Assembly (NCBI GenBank): GCA_051294905.1 | Contig: CM119371.1 | Coordinates: 17,112,001 to 17,176,000, forward strand | From: Botryllus schlosseri | Taxonomy: Eukaryota | Direction: 5' to 3' | DNA: 64,000 nucleotides | In this document: one piece after another, positions 11,513-24,530 of the stretch | Layout: the number at the start of each line of letters is the position of its first letter | Position numbering within the stretch: position 1 is the first letter of the stretch | Notes under the pieces: model-generated | Told to the model about the DNA's origin: nothing | Database searches by the model: none | Seen by the model: only the letters and a program-made list of their open reading frames with translations | Program-made: the position numbers and the translations under genes

Positions 11513-14500
11513 CAGACATGGGGTAATCGCGATTAGTAATCGTAATCGATTACGACGATTACAGCATTTTCAAGTAATCGTAATCGCAATCGATTACATT
11601 CGAAAAAAATCCAAAGTAATCGTAATCGACTGCTTCACATATCTGATCGATTTCTTTGTGAAAGAACGATTTCTTTTCATTTGTACAATGAATTTGACAT
11701 AACCGAACATTCCTGAACAAGGAAGAGATATTCTACCAGGTTATTGATACCGCAAACGGTTGATTTTCAAACGCCACTGCTCATTATTACGTCAGAAGTA
11801 TTAGCTTTGCTCGTCCTTGCGTTAGAAGTATATACACGTATAGTAAATATATATTCGATGTACATCGTTGTGTGATTGTTAGAACAAAGCCATGACGTAT
11901 ATCAGGTTATCGATACGATCCAGACGCCACTACCTCGTGGCAAGAAAATAATCAACACTCTGCCTAGTTTCTAATAGTAACTTATGTATTGATGATTGGT
12001 TACGCAGTTTGACCGTTGCTGCTTGGCGAACAGTAGGCCTATCTATGTAGTATACGTATGTGTTGTACGTACACCGGACAAAGATTTGAAATTTTGTGCT
12101 CATCAAATAAACATTACGATGGTTAAAATCAACAGCTGCTGATATATATCATAACCGAGCCGTTCTTAGCCGTTTCTCGTAACGGCAGTTTTCTGTCTCT
12201 GTAACAAGTGGAAGGTCGAATTTTAAGTTCACTTTTTTATTCTATTCTCATATGACTCTACTTGAAACGGGCGCCAATCAATATTTCACAATTCTTCACT
12301 CGACATTTATACCTGTCGCCATAGCCATCCGCTTATACACCATGTTAGCGTAGGTTGTAGGTACAACCAGCACCAAAACAGCAATTCGTCCCTCACTCCA
12401 AACGTTGGTATTGGTAGGGTTGTAACCAAGTCACAATGTTCCGAGTCACAAGTCAATATCACTTTTATAGTTTTAACTCGAGTCAGGTCGAGTCATTTTC
12501 AATTTACCCCCGAGTCAAGTCTGAGTCCAAGTCAGCTAGTAGAGGGTCGAGTCTGAGTCATAGTGTTTGACTCGAGTAAGAGTCCAAGTCGTTATGTTCA
12601 CAGATCAGTTTTCAGATTAATCCGGTTCAACCCACTTTTTTCAACTCTGATCGAGTGATATAGAATGGCTCGTATTAATAATATAGTAATTTCACTCAGT
12701 TTTCACAGTTTACGGCCCTACTTCCATGTACCAGGACTGATAGACGAAATACAAATAATGTGGTAACTTTGCTATTCTTCGAAGTTACATGGAATGTCTG
12801 TCTTGGCTGTTCTAGTCTCGAGTCATATGATTTGGTTCGAGTCATGCAAAATGACTCGAGTACAAGTCGAGTCAATACGAAAATTGACTCAAGTCGAGTC
12901 AATTTACGCAAAAAATGACTCGAGTCAAGTCTAGTCACCGAATAATCGCGACTCGAGTCATTACAACCCTGGGTATTGGGGCCCGATGGTGGTCAGTTTT
13001 CAAGTTGATGACTGAATTTCGTCATAATATTGGTAATTGCATTATATTGCAATTGATTCAGATTTACCGGTAGAGCCGGGGGAACGTAATTCATAATTAT
13101 AGCATCTGGTATGTTGTTATAATTACTTTATTGTATGTTTTTAATTCGTGACCTCCCGCATTTCATATAATCAAATGATACTGTAGTCGCCCAAACGCAG
13201 TAGACTAAACGAAAAACTTTCGTGAGACGCACACACAAATTGTCATGTCTTCATTCTTCTGTGAGTGCCCCGGCTAGCATTTGCATTGTTGGGGCTCAGA
13301 TTGGAGGGACCGGACTATTCGTCACGCCCACAGAGCGCGGCTACTGACAATGGACACATACCTAAAGTTTTGGCCATGGTCATTCTTTGGTAGCACACTT
13401 GGTGGAGTCGAATGTTCGCCGAAATTGCATGCGTCTTTTGGTGTGTCGTGGCGGGGTAATGACCGCCAGCGAAATGCATATTCCTATAAATTATGCATGC
13501 TTTTATTCTTGAGGGGGAGAGGTATGCATTTCAAAATCAAGCTATTTAGAGACATTAAATCCCGAAGCTCGAAGAAAATTTTCAATTAACTCTCTTGAAA
13601 ATACTCTATAATAATTTATGTTGCTGTACGAAATACTTTTGAATCCCCTTAGAGCTCGCTCCCGGTCCTATTGGGGAGTTTGGGGTGTGGCAGTTACGGA
13701 CCTGGCAAGAATGCAAATCGTTGGGTGCGACGAATAGTCCTGCATGGAGTTGGCCAATGGGTGCATTATGACGCAACAAGCAAATGACTATGATTGATAA
13801 AGAAAGTTGTTATCTCATTAGACCAGTGGTTCCCAACGTAGGCGATATCGCCCCCCAGGGGGCGATTTGTCGGTCCAGGGGCGAAAATAGCCAATGGGGC
13901 GATAGGGGGGCGAAAACGGACGAAGGGGGCGATAGGGGGCAATGGCGCGTTCAAATGGCAATATTAGCGTCCATGACTGTAACTGCCACAGCCAAACCCC
14001 CAATTGGGATGGGGGCTCACAAATTTTTCGTGAATTAACAATAATTACAGAGTATTAGTTTGGAAATTTAGGCAACTTTTTCGCGCTGTGCGCCATTTCG
14101 TGGTCGCATGTTTCTTGCTTATTGGATACCCTTCCTCCAAGAAATATTACGCATGAGTTATAGAAATGGGCATCTCTGCGTCAGTCATTGTCACACCATG
14201 ACGCACCAAGACATATGAAGTTTCAGGCCATGTAACATGCGACTCCGAGAAGTGTTCCAGAACGAGAAAACCTTGGCGGAAAAGGACTGCCTTTATGCTG
14301 ACCGACTTCGATATATATACGATATACATATATATTTAATTGTCCATAGGCGCCTAAATGACTGGCGCCAAATGTTCCTGTCTTGGCAATCAGAACCCCA
14401 CAAAAATGCCATCTCGCAGAGAAAAATTAATTGCCAGTGCAGGAATACCAATTTGAAATCGTGTGCGTCTTTTAGTTTAGTACGTATGGGCGATTTGAAT

Positions 14501-14769
14501 ACTTTTTGACATAGCAGACCGGCCTCGAAATTTCATTACGTAACGAAGTCATTATACCCACGGGTCCACCCGATAGTGTTCAATAATTATTAACGGGCCC
14601 TACATTTTCCAAGACACCTCACTGGCTCACTCAGCTTTACCGGCAAATATGAATACATGAGCAGAGAGAGGATAAATAATTGACAGTAATATATACGCAA
14701 TTCCTGATCATATTGACCGATTCAATCATGAATGATAAAAAATTTCCGAATGTAATCACCCCATGTCTG
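11513..14769 (+). mobile_element. 3.26-kb non-autonomous hAT element (CAGACATGGG termini, TAATCG/CGATTA subterminal repeats) with nested insertions
   Basis: CAGACATGGGG at 11513 and CCCCATGTCTG ending at 14769. Perfect 8-bp TSD GTTGATAA on both sides. Related ends at about 1832-1935 and 15880-16050. Confidence 0.85.
12415..12971 (+). mobile_element. Nested hAT MITE (AGGGTTGTAA termini, GACTCGAGTC repeats)
   Basis: TAGGGTTGTAA...TTACAACCCTG with perfect 8-bp TSD GGTATTGG. Partial relatives at about 4515-4670 and 42145-42350. Confidence 0.85.
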
Positions 14770-16347
14770 GTTGATAACATGATGCATACATAGCGGGTGT
14801 TCTTACAATCACTGTACTACATGTACATGTACAATCTATTTACTATGTGCGGATAATTCGTTACGCAATGAAGAACTAATATTTGTGACGCAATAATTAG
14901 CCAAGGCGTTTGACAACCCGTCATATCTGCTATCCAAAACCTGTTTAAATTGCCCTCATCATTGCTCACGCATGTTCATGTTCAGTTTATGTCATGGGTA
15001 TTGTACTGCTGTATGTTTGGCTCCACTAACCTATGTGATCATTAGTTCTCAAAAATAAAAATGAGCATCAAGACGAGCATATGATATCATATATAACTGA
15101 CGTGAGTGGATTCACACTTCAACTGCTGTGTACGTCTGTTATAGATGGTAATTATCTCAAGTTTCGAAAAATATCATATGGGTCTCACTGTAATACATTT
15201 AAAAAGATGAAACTAGCAAAAGATCTATGTAACTCAAGTTTCGCATGTTCAAATAAGGCAACCAACATAAGAAGTAGAAATTTTTACATAGAAAATGTGA
15301 CGCTAACTACGAATGCCATGTAGTGAGTTCGAATTAGTGCTGTGATGACGTCATTAACTTTCTATAGTGACGTCACAGTTGATTAACATGTATGGCTCTT
15401 AGTTCCGTAAAATGGAACATATTGGGTTAATATGCTTCTTGGGACGAAAAAGGTTCCTGATCCCTGCCTTAATGGCATTTTTATCGGTAACCAATATCCG
15501 ATAATAAAGAATCATCGTTACCAGAAACCATCATGCCTAACTGAATTCAAGTATCATTACTTGGTTGCATGGCACATAGCCTACGTAACCCAGCTACAGT
15601 TTGCGAAGATGTAAGCTCATAATCTCAATCTAGCAAAGGTGTTCCACATGTTAGTAAACCACTGTGGTAGCGACAGTTAAGCCAGAATAGGGAGAATATA
15701 TTTTGGCGATATAGGATTTATCTATGTTATATAATCTCCTGTCTTGCTGCCACTGTGATGCAGCGAGTGACGGGAAGTGCAAGTTCAAGTGATCGTGATC
15801 GTGATCCAAAATTTCTGATATTGCAGAAAACGAAGTGCCATCGCAGTCGTTATTTTGCCTTGTAATATTTACGCTGAAGATCAAAGGTAGTAAAATTATG
15901 TAATCGTAAATAATCATGATTACATGTGATAGTAATCCAATAATCCATTATAGCGATCTTTTGCTGTGGTCGCGATCATAATCATACTCACGCGATTAAA
16001 AACTATTCGTAATAGATATCGATTTGACGCAGGTATCACCCCATGTCTACCTGCTGACAGTACTGTTACCAAAACTCGGCCTCCAAATATTGTCACAGAA
16101 CTCTAATAAATGTGATTCATATACAGCGATAGAACAAAATATAATAAAAATCCTAATTTGACTTCACTGCACTAATAGCAACTCACATGAAAAAAAAAAA
16201 CAATCACCCTCAATTGCTAATTCGGGATTGTTTTCCGTGAAATATATAGCATTACGGATTGAGTTCTTTGTCAGGTAGTACGTCTCAGGCTAAATAGTCG
16301 ATACTGTATTGTGGGCATGGATCATTGAAAAAAATCTTTCTGCTCAG

Positions 16348-17754
16348 GAAAATATTTCGCCAGATTTATGGACAAAATCAGACGATTCTCGTGGAATAAT
16401 GTGCAGGGTAAAGTCCTACAATCGTATGAAGATTTATCCGAACCAGATTCTGAGTTTTATCCGCAACTGAAAACTGGATTCAAATTATACCACGGTGCAT
16501 ATTTGCCACAAGAAGGATTCAGTGCGCATTGCAACCCTAAAACTGGCAGCTTCATGGATTACAAAGCCTGTCTAGCATGCATCCAAGAAAAACACGTGGG
16601 CCCGTGCGCTATTATTGGACAACCGGGAAGTGGCAAGACCATCATGATGAAAAGATTAGCAAAGCAATTGATCATTGCAAATAACCTACAGAGTGACGAA
16701 CCCTCTAGATGGAAGAAACTTCGTCAAGTTTTCCGCAATGAAGCTAGACAATATGATGTCGTACTGCACATGAATATCCGAGATATTCCTAATCAGGATA
16801 ACGTTACTTTAGCTAATGTTATATTCAGTCCTCGCGTAACCAAGTTGTCAGCCCATGAGCTTGGATATGGCCTCAAGGCAATACTCGATGGAGAAGTAAA
16901 AATTATAATGTTTTTCGATGGATTGGATCAAGCTACATGGGACCCAATATGCGACACAAGAATAGAGTCGTGGGAAATTTCAAGCACACCTACGATATTC
17001 GGTAACATACTGGCAGGAAATCTTTTACCAAATGTTCCTATTATCATATCATCCAGGGAACACTCCGTAGCACGCTTGTCTAGAGAGATGCGTCCCGAGT
17101 TCATAGCTGCTTTAGTGGGATTTAGTGAAGATGAAGCAGAGAAAATGTATTGCGAATTGATGGGTCTAAATGCAAAAAAAGATTGGCATGAAATGAAGAT
17201 ATCCAATCCTGCAATGCACTATATGTGTCTGACACCATTGTTCCTGGTATTTTATATGATCACGAGAAAACGGTCCCCATCGCACCCCCCTAACTGCGCT
17301 TCCGGTGTGATGGTCACGATAATACAAATTTTCCTGGAATGCGAGAATACGAGAAACTTAGATGACAACGTCGACGTACATGAGGTCATCAGCAAGTTGA
17401 AAGCAATGGCATTCAATGGTACCATGAACCAAAAGGTAACATTCACTAAGGATGACCTATCTGAATACGACCTCGAATATAAAGTGATCAGTGACATTAT
17501 CATCAAAGTTCCGGGTCAGACGTTTCTCGGCCAGAAAATACTTGCTGGGATGTATGAATACTTCTTCTGTCATCAAACCCTTCAAGAAGTGTTAGCAGCA
17601 CTTTTCGTCGTGGGAATGAGACTTGATGAATTCAAGCAAATTGTGGATCACGAATTCCAAAAACCTTACTGGGCCATTGTTCGCAATTTCACCAGTGGTA
17701 TTCTGAAAAATGAGAGCGTGAAAGCTAACATTGGTTTTCAAATTCTAAAGCAAG
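16348..17754 (+). CDS. NLR-like gene, NACHT (P-loop NTPase) exon
   Basis: ORF 16368-17759 has Walker A GQPGSGKT, Walker B IIMFFDGLD, sensor IIISSRE, GFS motif LVGFSEDEA, PLF motif CLTPLFL and winged-helix FCHQTLQEVLAA. Acceptor ctgctcag at 16347 and phase-1 donor G|gttagt at 17755. Confidence 0.92.
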
Positions 17755-18202
17755 GTTAGTATTTTATTCGAGTCAAGATGTATGCTACGCAATTGAATTC
17801 ATGAAACCAATATTTGCAGTCATGAAAAGCATAGTCCAACGCTGATTACGCCAGGGCCGATCGATACAACCTAATGTAATTTACGTATGCAAATTCACTA
17901 AGCTCATTGTCCAATGTGCATTCAAACAAAAGTCGTACAGCTTACATTTAGCGCTGGGCACAAAGATTAAAGTATACTCAAGTCCGAATCGAGTTTTAAT
18001 TTTATTGATTAGAGCCGATTAGTGAGAGATGATTTTTTATAACACCCCATACGCTCCGTGTCACTAAAAGAGATAAACGAAAATGATAGTTTCGCTACCA
18101 TTGTTCACTATAAAAGCCTGTGAATCAGCGGTTCTCAACATTTTTGGACATGAGCCCCCCACATGCACTTATCGTCATGTAAAAAAAAAACATCATCTAA
18201 TA

Positions 18203-18872
18203 CAGAGGTGGGCAACCTTTTTGATAATCAAGACCGCATATCGATTACTTATGTAGCCTAAGGCCACATTCTAGGGCATAGCCGCAATGAACTATCTGAA
18301 CCTATATTAAACTGTCCATATACATTCCTTGTGAACTCCGGACTATTCTACGTTTCACAACTGCCTATTGCACGCATCGAAATCGCGAGTTGCAATGTTC
18401 TGAATCGTTGTGGGGCTTGCATATTGTCGAGCGGGGCGTGAAAATTTTGCAGAGCCATGAATGAATTCCGTAATTAATAGTAGAGGTATCACATATTACT
18501 CTAAAATATGTGTCATTTCTCAGCCCATGTGATCAGATTCACCGGTAGAGCTAACGAAGGGAGTAAATTCGAAAATTTAGGGCAAGTTATAAATGGTAAT
18601 GCATCATTGGGTGGGCCAATTGTTATTAGTCACTTTGTTGAATGCTGTTATTTCTTGACGAATCCCATTCCGGCTCAGATTGAGAAGGGCGCTACTGTAT
18701 TAAAGTCGAAAAATGAAGTCGTGTTGAATTTCGTGGAGCGTGAAGAAAATTTCAAGAATAATTAAAATCTCTCAAATTCGGGAGTGAATTCGTAATTTCA
18801 ATTTGCATGGCTATGGCCTCCAACAGATACTAATAGAATTAGGCGTCGACGGCCGCAGGTTGCCCACCCCTG
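18203..18872 (+). mobile_element. hAT MITE (CAG(A/G)GGTGGGCAACC termini) in NLR intron 1
   Basis: CAGAGGTGGGCAACC...GGTTGCCCACCCCTG with perfect 8-bp TSD ATCTAATA. Confidence 0.88.
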
Positions 18873-18889
18873 ATCTAATAGTATACATA

Positions 18890-19290
18890 AGGTATATCTT
18901 ACGTCAAGTTTGTCTCGAAATTTCAGTTGTTGAGTGTTTTATATTTCTGAAAAATTTCACCAAATTTGTTTGAAAATAGCAAAAATCATAGAACAGGACA
19001 TCAATTTATTTTAAGGTAGGCTGCACTGGGACTAATTCTAATGCTGGTAGTGACTACAGACAGAACGACGTCGTTCTGTCCTGCCATGCTAAATTTGATC
19101 AGCTTTGGAATTGGATTAAATTGTGTTGATATAGGGTAGCCTAATTGAGGGCGAAACCGGGCAACCTATATTGCATCTAAGTCTGTCTTAGGCAGTGCAG
19201 TTCGCCAGCTATTAAAAACAGCTACCAAACGCACCTAGCTTTAGGCGACTGCCAGAGCTATGAAGTAATGAATGATTTACTCGTGGGAAT
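18890..19290. repeat. Interspersed repeat with an inverted sister copy at about 44960-45330
   Basis: Reverse-complement similarity over about 300-400 bp, e.g. ctaatgctggtagtgactacaga and ttgcatctaagtctgtctta. Boundaries approximate. Confidence 0.7.
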
Positions 19291-19783
19291 TGCTCTAAAT
19301 CTTCGGACAATATCAAATAAATTGCTGAAATGAATTTGAAATCAGCGTATACTCTGTTCAGCGCGACTACTGGAGTTAGAGTTTTGCAAGGTTTCTTGAA
19401 TACGAAATAAGTTTAATCTTCACCAATCGTCTTTTTAGAATGGTTGTGAAACACATGTTAAGTCACAATTTATACAAACACTGTTCAATTTTTCGCCCCC
19501 CCCCCTGAGAGCCTCCCGCGCCCCTGCTGTAAACCCAGATTCATCACATCCTAGCATATGAAACATGTTGTACAATGCTATGCACGTCAGTGTAGATAAA
19601 AGAAATCTCTGAAATCGTAATCAACCCACAGTATACAAAGTGCAATGAAATAGGTATGGTCGAAACAATAACTCCGAATTTGCGCATTTGACCTGTAACA
19701 AACTCAAACAGACGTAATTGATTCGCGCTAACTGAAATATGAACCTCATTCCCTTTCCCTATATGTTTTCCATATTTGAACAG

Positions 19784-20091
19784 ATGATTTGCCACTTAAA
19801 GCGGAATATCTGATGAATAATTTGAAGTTTCAACTGGAACATGATATTACTCCAGCACAGAAACTGGACATTTATACATCTTTGCAAGAAGCATCGGCGT
19901 TCGAAATACTAGAAAGCTACGCACAAGAACTTGACTTCTCGAATTATCCACTGACCCCAGCTGTACTTAATATGTTGTGTTGGGTGATTGGAAATCTCGG
20001 GAGAGTGAAATCATTATCATTCAACAATTGTAACATTGATGACCATTTGCTGAGTGTTCTAGCCGCTGAGACGAAGAGACAGTCTATCAAG
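19784..20091 (+). CDS. NLR-like gene exon 2 (post-NACHT helical domain and first LRR-like turns)
   Basis: Phase-1 acceptor cag|AT matches the donor at 17755. Encodes DDLPLKAEYL...LDFSNYPLTPAVLNMLCWVIGNLGRVKSLSFNNCNIDDHLLSVLAAETKRQSIK. Phase-0 donor gtaaat. Confidence 0.88.
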
Positions 20092-20505
20092 GTAAATTGC
20101 TTATTTAGACGTCCGTAACTGTACGAAATTCATCCCCGATGTTCCATGTATAAATAATCATATTATATTACATCCTGATTTTTAAAATTCTTTCTTGAAT
20201 ATTACTCACCGGTATGCAGACTTTCAGAATAGCCGCAATTACTTATAAATTGAATATAGGCGTTCAATAGAATAGATACTATTTTCCTTTATAGAACAGA
20301 TGAGATAACCAAGCACTGAGTTATAGATATATCTATTGTTAAATCCATGGTACATGGATAAGCACTGAATCATATGTGCGGAAGGACTTTAGTATTTATG
20401 TAGACAGAATTGACTATTATCCAAAAAGATGGGAAGTCTTCCAATCTTCACAAAAAGTCATGTTCCAACCAACATGAGATATTATTATTATCTTTTTTTT
20501 CCAAG

Positions 20506-20825
20506 ATCGACAGATTTGATATGAGAAACAATACAAGCTGGTCAGACATTTGTTGTTGGAAGGAGATTTTCAAAAGTTTAGAAGTTACTACTTTGCTGAT
20601 TGATATACCTGTCAATGGACTAGTAAGGAAAAATATCATGACTTCGAGTGCTTAATACGCTACAGTGTACAACTATTTTTTTAGAAATGTGAAGACATGG
20701 TTTTGCAAATTTTAAAAGCCACGGAAGAGAATGTTTCTCGAATTGAAATTGGTAATCTGAAAAATATTCAACTGGACATTAGAGAAGTTGAAGAAATATC
20801 AACTCTTGATCTGAGTTCGACAAAG
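20506..20825 (+). CDS. NLR-like gene repeat module 0 (exons 20506-20622 and 20685-20825)
   Basis: IDRFDMRNNTSWSDICCWKEIFKSLEVTTLLIDIPVNGL | KCEDMVLQILKATEENVSRIEIGNLKNIQLDIREVEEISTLDLSSTK. Both exons are phase 0-0 with AG/GT ends and a 62-nt intron. Confidence 0.75.
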
Positions 20826-21306
20826 GTATGTACTGACTACATGTACATTGTACAATCTACAGAATAGAAGTAGGCAGTAACGAAGTACCTCTACTTTTTG
20901 AAGTACTCGAAGTAGATTTTGCCTACTCACACTACTTTTCAGACTATTTCTAATTCTACTCGACAGTTTTCAGTTTTGTAGACAAAAATAAGCGTAGAAT
21001 ACCGACTTACTTACTTGTGAACCACCACTCCTATTCTACTTGAGTAGGAATTCCGGCGTTACTTCTACTTTTACTTGTGTAGTGTCGGTTACTACGTTGA
21101 CCACCTCGGTGTATGCAAAGAACAGATATCCCAACAGCTTACAATATACGAAAGCCGGTTGAGAGTAATAAAAATTCGCACCCAACAGAATATCAGCGGG
21201 AAGGCATTTCGTTACAGTCTATAGCGGAAGGACCCTAATGATATCGTTATTGATCCCCACATCTTGTCCAACCAATGTGTTGACTAAACTCTTCATATTT
21301 CGTTAG

Positions 21307-21646
21307 ATTGAACTATTGAAGATAAGCTCTGATGAAGTATCATTCGACAAAGAACTTTGGCGAAAAATTTTCCAACGGATATCATTGGGCGTCGATCATT
21401 GTTCTGTCCAACTACCCAGAGTTGAAAAGGTGAAGTTAGTATGAATTTGGAATAATGCTTTTTAAACTAGGTATTTTCGTTGTACAGACGGACATATTTC
21501 ATCTCAAATCGTGGGTTGAGGTAGCTGAATCTGCGAACATCGATACCGTTAAAGCGGTATCTATGCATTCGGATCAACCTGTGTCATTTCGAATGAACGA
21601 AATCGAAGAAATTGAAAGATTAATCGGGTTGAATTTTTGTGGAACG
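21307..21646 (+). CDS. NLR-like gene repeat module 1 (exons 21307-21429 and 21488-21646)
   Basis: IELLKISSDEVSFDKELWRKIFQRISLGVDHCSVQLPRVEK | TDIFHLKSWVEVAESANIDTVKAVSM...LIGLNFCGT. Phase 0-0, 58-nt intron. Confidence 0.85.
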
Positions 21647-22531
21647 GTAACTTAGCAGTCACGATATCTTCTTACCTAAAGTGGAAGGTGGTATAGTAGG
21701 CTAGTGGAGTGAGGTAGTGTGCCTTTCGATGAGTTTTCCATGTCTATATTAGGGATGGTGTGAACGTGTGGTTCGCGTTTGCGTTTTGTTGTGAACCTCA
21801 TAAATTAAACTTCACGTTCACAAACGAACCTTGCAGTGTGAACCTTTTTCATATATTACAATTTTTCAGCTCATTATAACATCTTTGGTTGAAATTCTTT
21901 GCATTTTAAATTGGGAACACTCTGTGCATGGCGCTGGCAGCATAAAAATCACCACTAAACATTGCACTCACCTTGCAAATCTCCAATATATACATATATA
22001 TAGGGTGATGGCGCGCCTACGGCTAATTTAGCACATAGTAGAATGCCATAAACAGTAAGTTTTCTTTGGTAAATCCCACAATCACAGAGAGAACCTGAAT
22101 CTCGTGAAAATAATCCGTTTATACCATCAATATATAGAAAAATATTATTATATTTGCTGTACGATGCGATGACTCCGTTACTGTACTAAACATACTGCAG
22201 GGTTCTTATAGGTATAGTTCCTGGGAGTAGAAGTATAGCTAACCAAAGTACTATAGGTTTAGCTGGCTGACTACTTAACCTGGAATCCTGTATCCTGGTT
22301 AGGTCTTCTCAAGACGCAGATATACGCAAGATATACGAATATATTTCAGACGTTGTTACAAGTAGCAATATGAGTCTACTGATACGAGAGAATCAGTAGT
22401 TTTATACTAGAGGCAAATTATTCTAGAACAGGATGTCTCTCGATTACGAGATATACACATTTCATGGTTGGACGATAACAGGGATCTGTTACAATACATC
22501 TTCAACAATCAGCTATTTTGAATCTGTTCAG

Positions 22532-22865
22532 ATTTGGGAATTATGGATATACCTAAACAAAGAATCATTTGATGAAAACATCTGGAGGCAAGTGTTTCAA
22601 AGAATATGCTTCTCTGTAGAGCATTGCTATGTTAAAGTACCAGAAGTTAAAAAGGTGGCATGAATATATATCAGAGATAATAAAATACGCGATACATTAC
22701 ATTGCCCCATTCCAGGTAGCAGAAATAGAGGTGGAAACATATGTAGCTGCGGCAAATTCCGTGAATGTCGGAACAGTACATCAAGTTTATTTGGATTTCG
22801 ATGATGGAACTATCTTTGGAATTGGAGATTTTCTGAAATTGAATGAATTAGACTTCTCTGGAAAT
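22532..22865 (+). CDS. NLR-like gene repeat module 2 (exons 22532-22654 and 22716-22865)
   Basis: IWELWIYLNKESFDENIWRQVFQRICFSVEHCYVKVPEVKK | VAEIEVETYVAAANSVNVGTVHQVYL...LNELDFSGN. Phase 0-0, 61-nt intron. Confidence 0.85.
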
Positions 22866-23449
22866 GTAAATTATCATTTCATTATCATTATTAGGAGTAA
22901 GATTCTGCAATCCGAGCGTTGGTGCTTCTTTTTACAATTTTCAACGCACCCGAGGCGTTGTCATAAACAGGCTGCAAGCAGTAACCTTTACTGTTCTTTG
23001 AAACAAACATCCTTCGCTGCCACATAATTATACCATATTGGTCGTCGGAATTGTATTAGAATCGAACAATTTCAAATATTTCAGTGGCCTTTATTTTAGA
23101 TCCCAATCGAACCTCATTGTATGTAGTGAGACATAGTGTAATGGTGTACGTATCACAGCTGCAACACCAGTGGGTTGAGAGTTGTGAAATATGAGGAGGA
23201 TCCATCTGATGTAGAATGAGTAATTCAGTCGAAACACCGTTTATAACAAAGCAACGATAGTAATCATTACTTCAGATCTGTCAAATCTTATCTATTGCAT
23301 AATTATAAGGGATTCCATCTTAGGTTATTCCAATTTACAGCATTCACACATGTAAGCTCATATCATATATCAATCCATATATCGCTATATATAGTATATA
23401 TAGATACTTGATACAATATGTCATCAGTTATGATTTTGAATATCATTAG

Positions 23450-23777
23450 ATCAGCAAATTGTGGATAAGGCCGGATAAGGAATCGGTACGCAACAGTTTG
23501 TGGAAAGGGGCATTTAAACGGATGTGGTTTACGGTGGAATCTTGCTACGTGCGAGTACCACGGGCGGTAAAAGTGAAATTGATTCCACTAATATATGTGA
23601 AACATAACTTCTTTCGTGCTTCAGATGGAAGGAGTCGTCGATGTGGCAACATGGGTCTCTGTTGCAGAAAACGCTGGTCCTTACGTGGTAAAAGAGGTTA
23701 TCTTAGAGGCAGATGAGATGACTGCATTACGCATTCAAGATATTTTGAATTTGTTGGCATGGAATTTCTCTGGCAAG
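23450..23777 (+). CDS. NLR-like gene repeat module 3 (exons 23450-23572 and 23625-23777)
   Basis: ISKLWIRPDKESVRNSLWKGAFKRMWFTVESCYVRVPRAVK | MEGVVDVATWVSVAENAGPYVVKEVIL...LLAWNFSGK. Phase 0-0, 52-nt intron. Confidence 0.85.
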
Positions 23778-24069
23778 GTGATTATTGAAATTAGATTACT
23801 TCCAAACTAGGATTATATGAATTATATGACGTGTCAATAGCATGGTCGTCTGTTAGAAGTAGGGCAGGTAATATTGTAAACTTAACAATGAATTACTGTT
23901 TCCCTCTCTGTGGAGTTTCCACAGAGGATCATTGCGGAGCGATTCACACAATGGTACGAGGCGCTTCTTCGATATAAACCCTAGAGTGGAACAGTATTGC
24001 AAATGACAACAATAAATGTTTCCTATGAACACGTCAAAATGTATAAACGTCAAAATAATTTTTATTTTA

Positions 24070-24530
24070 GCGTTTCGGGTTAGACTTGATATATTAGGGT
24101 TCCATTGTGGTTATGGTTGTGGAGGACATAATTAGTGTTCGAGGTGGGGGATATCAGACTTAGAAGAGGGGGTATTTGGGCCGAAGGTGGGTTGCGGTTG
24201 AGAGGTTGGGATAAGGGTATCCCAAGATTAGAGTTCGGGGTGACCGACATTAGGGTTTAGTTAGAGTATCGCATCCAGCCCTCAAACTCTATTCTTACGA
24301 TACCCACAACCCTAATCCTGGGGTATCCCAACCCAAACTTGGCCCTAATCGGCCTTCAACCTCAATAATATCGCTAACATCGCTCCCAACGTCGCTAACT
24401 CCCAGCCCAACCCTAATGTTCCTCACTCCCAACCCCAATATCTGTCATCCTGAACCCTACTCTATGTTACCCCAAACCCTAATATCTCCAACCACAGCTC
24501 GAATGTGCCTATCCCCAACCCAAAACACAA
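24070..24530. repeat. Degenerate G-rich/C-rich foldback with TTAGGG-like words
   Basis: The first half is rich in TTAGGG/GGGTT words and the second half in AACCCT/CCCAA words, with the skew switching at about 24270. Confidence 0.6.

Noticed and set aside
16928-17506. Minus-strand ORFs of 92 and 84 aa
   Set aside because: Antisense to the NACHT exon, with no independent features.
18508-18765. 85-aa + strand ORF as an extra NLR exon
   Set aside because: It lies inside the MITE 18203-18872, and the NACHT exon already splices in phase to 19784.
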